IMG/VR virus record: IMGVR_UViG_3300032038_000005 | Span: 64,001 to 128,000 of that record | Direction: 5' to 3' (one strand) | Length of the DNA stretch: 64,000 nt | Origin: a virus | Lineage: Duplodnaviria > Caudoviricetes | In this document: one piece after another, positions 60,911 to 64,000 of the stretch | How the letters are laid out: the number at the start of each line of letters is the position of its first letter | Position numbering within the stretch: position 1 is the stretch's first letter | Notes under the pieces: generated by a model | Databases searched by the model: none | What the model saw: only the letters and a program-made list of their open reading frames with translations | What the model was told of the DNA's origin: nothing | Program-made: the position numbers and the translations under genes

Positions 60911-63091
60911 TTACGGAGTGCCGCCTGTACCACCAGTGCCAGTACCACCTGTGCCAGTGGATGCATTTGTTGTCGTAATCAAGCCTGCCTTGATATCCGG
61001 AACAAGTTCGGTATTCTTGCAGATGACCATGCCCTGGATACCCTGGATGGCGATTGTCTTGTACTGAGAAGAGGTCGTTACCAGCACTGCCTGACCACCA
61101 GGATTGTTGATATCAGCATAACCAGCATTCTCCGGAGAGTTTGTCAAGTGACGTGCAAATCTCAGGTGCTTGTAAGAAATGTGGAATTTATCCATCGGAT
61201 AAGCCACAATTCGGAAGAAGTATTCACGAGATTTGTCGGTAATTGCACTACCCGGTTGATATGCATCAATTGTAGTATAAGCTTCTACTCTGTTAGATGC
61301 AACCACACGAATCGGGATTTCACAATCTGTCATCACACCGAATGCATGGTTCATCATGACACCGCCGATTTCAGTGCTCTTGGTTACAGTCCAAGATACA
61401 AACTTCTTCAGCAATCTAGTAGCCTTCGGATTTGCATAGATCACGAAACCGAGATTCTCCAGTTTACCCTTATCACAAAGCTCATAGATCAGAGAGTTGA
61501 TGGCATTGTAAATAGCGTTGCTTCTATATTCCCAAGGATCACCAGCAAAGCTGTTAGAGATGGAACAAGGATCAAGATCCACATATTCTGTATGTGTATA
61601 AGAATCAAGCGCAAATACATCTGTTTCAGCACCATCATACTTCAGGAATTCTTCGTCAAGGAAGTCAAGGATATACTGGTCTTCAAACATTTCCTGAGCT
61701 GTTACAAGTTCCTGAACAAGTCTGTTATACAGATTGAAGTTCAGAGAAGCATTGGCTTCGGCGAAGTCTTCTACAGTAAACGGAAGCTGGAATCTCATAC
61801 CATCGGAAATGAGGAACTTACGAATTTCCGGATATTCACGGAAACCAACAGTTCTGAGGTTGGTTTCATTGGACATTCTACCATTGATGTAGAAACCGGT
61901 AATCACACCACAAGAAGAAGCGGTGATATAACCCTTGACGAAATCAACGATACCGGCGAGATAGTCAGAAATACCAGTTACAAACTGATTGGTGGGAAGA
62001 TTGTCTTCATCCACAATCGGAAGTTTCATGTCTTCTGTGATACGACCGTTCAGGAATGTACCACCGTTCTGGACATCAATCGCGATACCAGCACCGGGGA
62101 GTTTTACCTTTGTACCACCAGTAATTGTGCCAGTCTTCTTATAGTATTTACCAGCTTCCCAGTTGGGTGTGCCAGTAACAGCAGCATATGTAGTACCAGT
62201 GGATGTGTAGTAATCTGTTGCATTTGTATCCCAGTCAGATGGTTCTGATGTGGTGATCGCATAAGTATCGATATCAGTACCTCTCACACCGATCTGTACA
62301 TAGTTGATATTGAAATCATAGGAGAGTCTTGCTCTCAGATTCTGTTTTCTGTCGATGGAGAAATCATTACCATCATCATCCAGAAGCCATGTGTACATAT
62401 CGAACTTCTTGTTCGGAGCAGCCTGGATCTGGGAAATCATCAGAGGTGCATTGTCCTTGATTCTGTAACCCTTACCAGCATTCCATAGTTTCTTCCACAG
62501 TGGCTTACCATCTTCATCCTTTACGAACCAGATCTTTGGAGTTTCATATTCTTCTCCAGTCTGATTGTTTACGAGATACTTCACGAAGATACGCTGTTCG
62601 ATGTTAGTAGAAGAAGCAGTCTGGACGGGAATCAATTCCTTACCAAGGAATCTGACATACTGCTTTACGAGAGCAGGGAAGTCCAGTGTAGCAAGCGGTA
62701 GATAATTGGAAACGTTATAACTTTCCTGAACGAGGAAGGATTGCTGAGAAGAATCCCAAGCTTTATTAAGCTGATCGATGACGGATTCCAAATGTACCTT
62801 TTCCGCATTGTCTTCTGTGTTTTCTATCAAATTGCTTAATCCTTGAATGACGGGCTGCAGCATCATTTCCTTGTATTCTTCCATGACTGCTGGATTCTCC
62901 ATCATTCTCTTAGCATCCTTCATGACATTGATACCATTGTATGTTCTCTTCAATGTACCAACAGTTGTTTCAAAATGTTTATCAAAACCATCCGTCAGAT
63001 TTTCAAGTTCTGTTGGAGAGGCATTGTTGATCATTGTCTGCTGTTCTTGGAACCATGTGCCATGTGAACCAGCTGTACGTGAATATGCCAT
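60911..63091 (-). CDS. Major capsid protein (precursor)
   Basis: About 726 aa with strong codon bias; helical propeptide ending LVQE-S; ELIPVQTASS, VIYANP and HLRFARH; AAGGAG RBS before MAYSR. Confidence 0.75.
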   Translation of the reverse strand: MAYSRTAGSHGTWFQEQQTMINNASPTELENLTDGFDKHFETTVGTLKRTYNGINVMKDAKRMMENPAVMEEYKEMMLQPVIQGLSNLIENTEDNAEKVHLESVIDQLNKAWDSSQQSFLVQESYNVSNYLPLATLDFPALVKQYVRFLGKELIPVQTASSTNIEQRIFVKYLVNNQTGEEYETPKIWFVKDEDGKPLWKKLWNAGKGYRIKDNAPLMISQIQAAPNKKFDMYTWLLDDDGNDFSIDRKQNLRARLSYDFNINYVQIGVRGTDIDTYAITTSEPSDWDTNATDYYTSTGTTYAAVTGTPNWEAGKYYKKTGTITGGTKVKLPGAGIAIDVQNGGTFLNGRITEDMKLPIVDEDNLPTNQFVTGISDYLAGIVDFVKGYITASSCGVITGFYINGRMSNETNLRTVGFREYPEIRKFLISDGMRFQLPFTVEDFAEANASLNFNLYNRLVQELVTAQEMFEDQYILDFLDEEFLKYDGAETDVFALDSYTHTEYVDLDPCSISNSFAGDPWEYRSNAIYNAINSLIYELCDKGKLENLGFVIYANPKATRLLKKFVSWTVTKSTEIGGVMMNHAFGVMTDCEIPIRVVASNRVEAYTTIDAYQPGSAITDKSREYFFRIVAYPMDKFHISYKHLRFARHLTNSPENAGYADINNPGGQAVLVTTSSQYKTIAIQGIQGMVICKNTELVPDIKAGLITTTNASTGTGGTGTGGTGGTP

Positions 63092-63123
63092 AAGCTTACA
63101 ACTCCTTTGATATAATATTGAAT

Positions 63124-63744
63124 TCAATCATTTGAATCCTTTAACTTTTTCAAGTTCGTATTTAATTGCTCGATGAGTAAGGTGTATAGGGCATCAAGCT
63201 TTTGGAAAAAGATCAGATTCTCACCATATTTTGCATTCACAAAATTCTCAAGTAAATAAGATTTACCCTTATCAAGTGCTGCTTTTAATCTGGTCATATT
63301 TTCGTCATTTTCTCGAATCGTTTGATATGGTAATAGAGGAGTTAATCGAGTGATACTCTCGATCGTATCTTCAATTTCTTGGTTACGATCCATCATCTGT
63401 TGATATAGCTTTTGATTCAGAATTGAATTCGCTTTCTCAGATAATTTCTCGCCACCATTCTTGGTCGATTCCTCTTGTTGTCCATCATCTCCTGTGGACA
63501 TATCTGCACCAATACCCATTTCATCTCCACCTGAATTGCTCATGTCGAAACCCAAGTTATCCATACCACCAGTGTCGGTTGGTAATGGTGGTGGGTCTCC
63601 ACCCATATCACCAGAGGCATCAGGTGGAGAATCTGCTGGTGGTGTTGAGGTATCCATTCCCATATCTCCTCCACCAGCATCAAATGGTTCTACGAGAGAG
63701 CCACCTGCTTCCATTACCAATAAAAACAAGTTTTTCTCTTCCAT
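63124..63744 (-). CDS. Head-operon protein (scaffold-like) with acidic/Gly-Pro N-region
   Basis: GGAGGTG RBS; LVME-A motif; directly upstream of the MCP gene. Confidence 0.6.
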   Translation of the reverse strand: MEEKNLFLLVMEAGGSLVEPFDAGGGDMGMDTSTPPADSPPDASGDMGGDPPPLPTDTGGMDNLGFDMSNSGGDEMGIGADMSTGDDGQQEESTKNGGEKLSEKANSILNQKLYQQMMDRNQEIEDTIESITRLTPLLPYQTIRENDENMTRLKAALDKGKSYLLENFVNAKYGENLIFFQKLDALYTLLIEQLNTNLKKLKDSND

Positions 63745-63762
63745 TTGAACACCTCCAGTTGT

Positions 63763-64000
63763 TTAGTCAAAATCATAATCAATATGACTGTGATTGCGTA
63801 AAGGTTTGATCTTCGCAATAGGATCACGTGTTACCTTTGTCGCCTTGTCAAGTAATTGACGTCGGATACGTATTAATTGATATTTCGCATCATAATCTTT
63901 ATTGGCATTTGCTTTGCGGATTTTATCATCGATGATGCTAATTTCTGTCATCAATTCATTCTGTACTTCTCGTTTGTAGTCATACTGATTACCTTTCATT
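63763..64000 (-). CDS. C-terminal part of a head-operon protein (truncated)
   Basis: Frame open to the window edge; coiled-coil. Confidence 0.6.
   Translation of the reverse strand, partial: MKGNQYDYKREVQNELMTEISIIDDKIRKANANKDYDAKYQLIRIRRQLLDKATKVTRDPIAKIKPLRNHSHIDYDFD

Noticed and set aside
60899-62248. 449-aa + strand ORF and many other antisense ORFs (e.g. 5834-6616, 2152-2760, 52848-53504)
   Set aside because: Shadow frames of strongly codon-biased genes on the opposite strand; no RBS or recognisable motifs
1-64000. CRISPR array, tRNA/rRNA genes, integrase/transposase, reverse transcriptase or DGR, introns/inteins, chimallin/PhuZ
   Set aside because: No repeat-spacer array, cloverleaf or diagnostic motifs were noticed by eye, and core genes appear uninterrupted; divergent homologs cannot be excluded without searches

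Overview
This window looks like part of an AT-rich jumbo myophage genome of the phiKZ/AR9/PBS1 type, probably infecting a Firmicutes host (strong GGAGG/GAAAGGAG RBSs, Gram-positive-type tail hydrolases; host is inferred). Core genes seen: terminase large subunit, three split multisubunit RNA polymerase subunits (beta-C, catalytic beta' with DYDGD, beta'-C; probably from both the virion and non-virion enzymes), tail sheath and tube, a baseplate-hub/chaperone pair, a 3379-aa tape-measure/tail lysin with five hydrolase-type domains, a receptor-binding protein cluster, head proteins and the major capsid protein. Also present: GyrB, a tiny divergent PolB-like protein, a degenerate 5'-3' exonuclease, a BCS1-like AAA+ ATPase, a RibD-C reductase and a metallophosphoesterase. 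The most striking unexplained signal is non-coding. Two unrelated small + strand genes 17 kb apart (568-1032 and 18050-18499) sit in the same cassette: a shared AT-rich promoter motif, a homologous ~115-nt 5' leader with several covarying stems ending in an RBS-sequestering hairpin, and a homologous ~75-nt structured 3' element. This is a candidate undescribed RNA-based expression system. All calls come from motif reading by eye; no database searches or folding programs were run.
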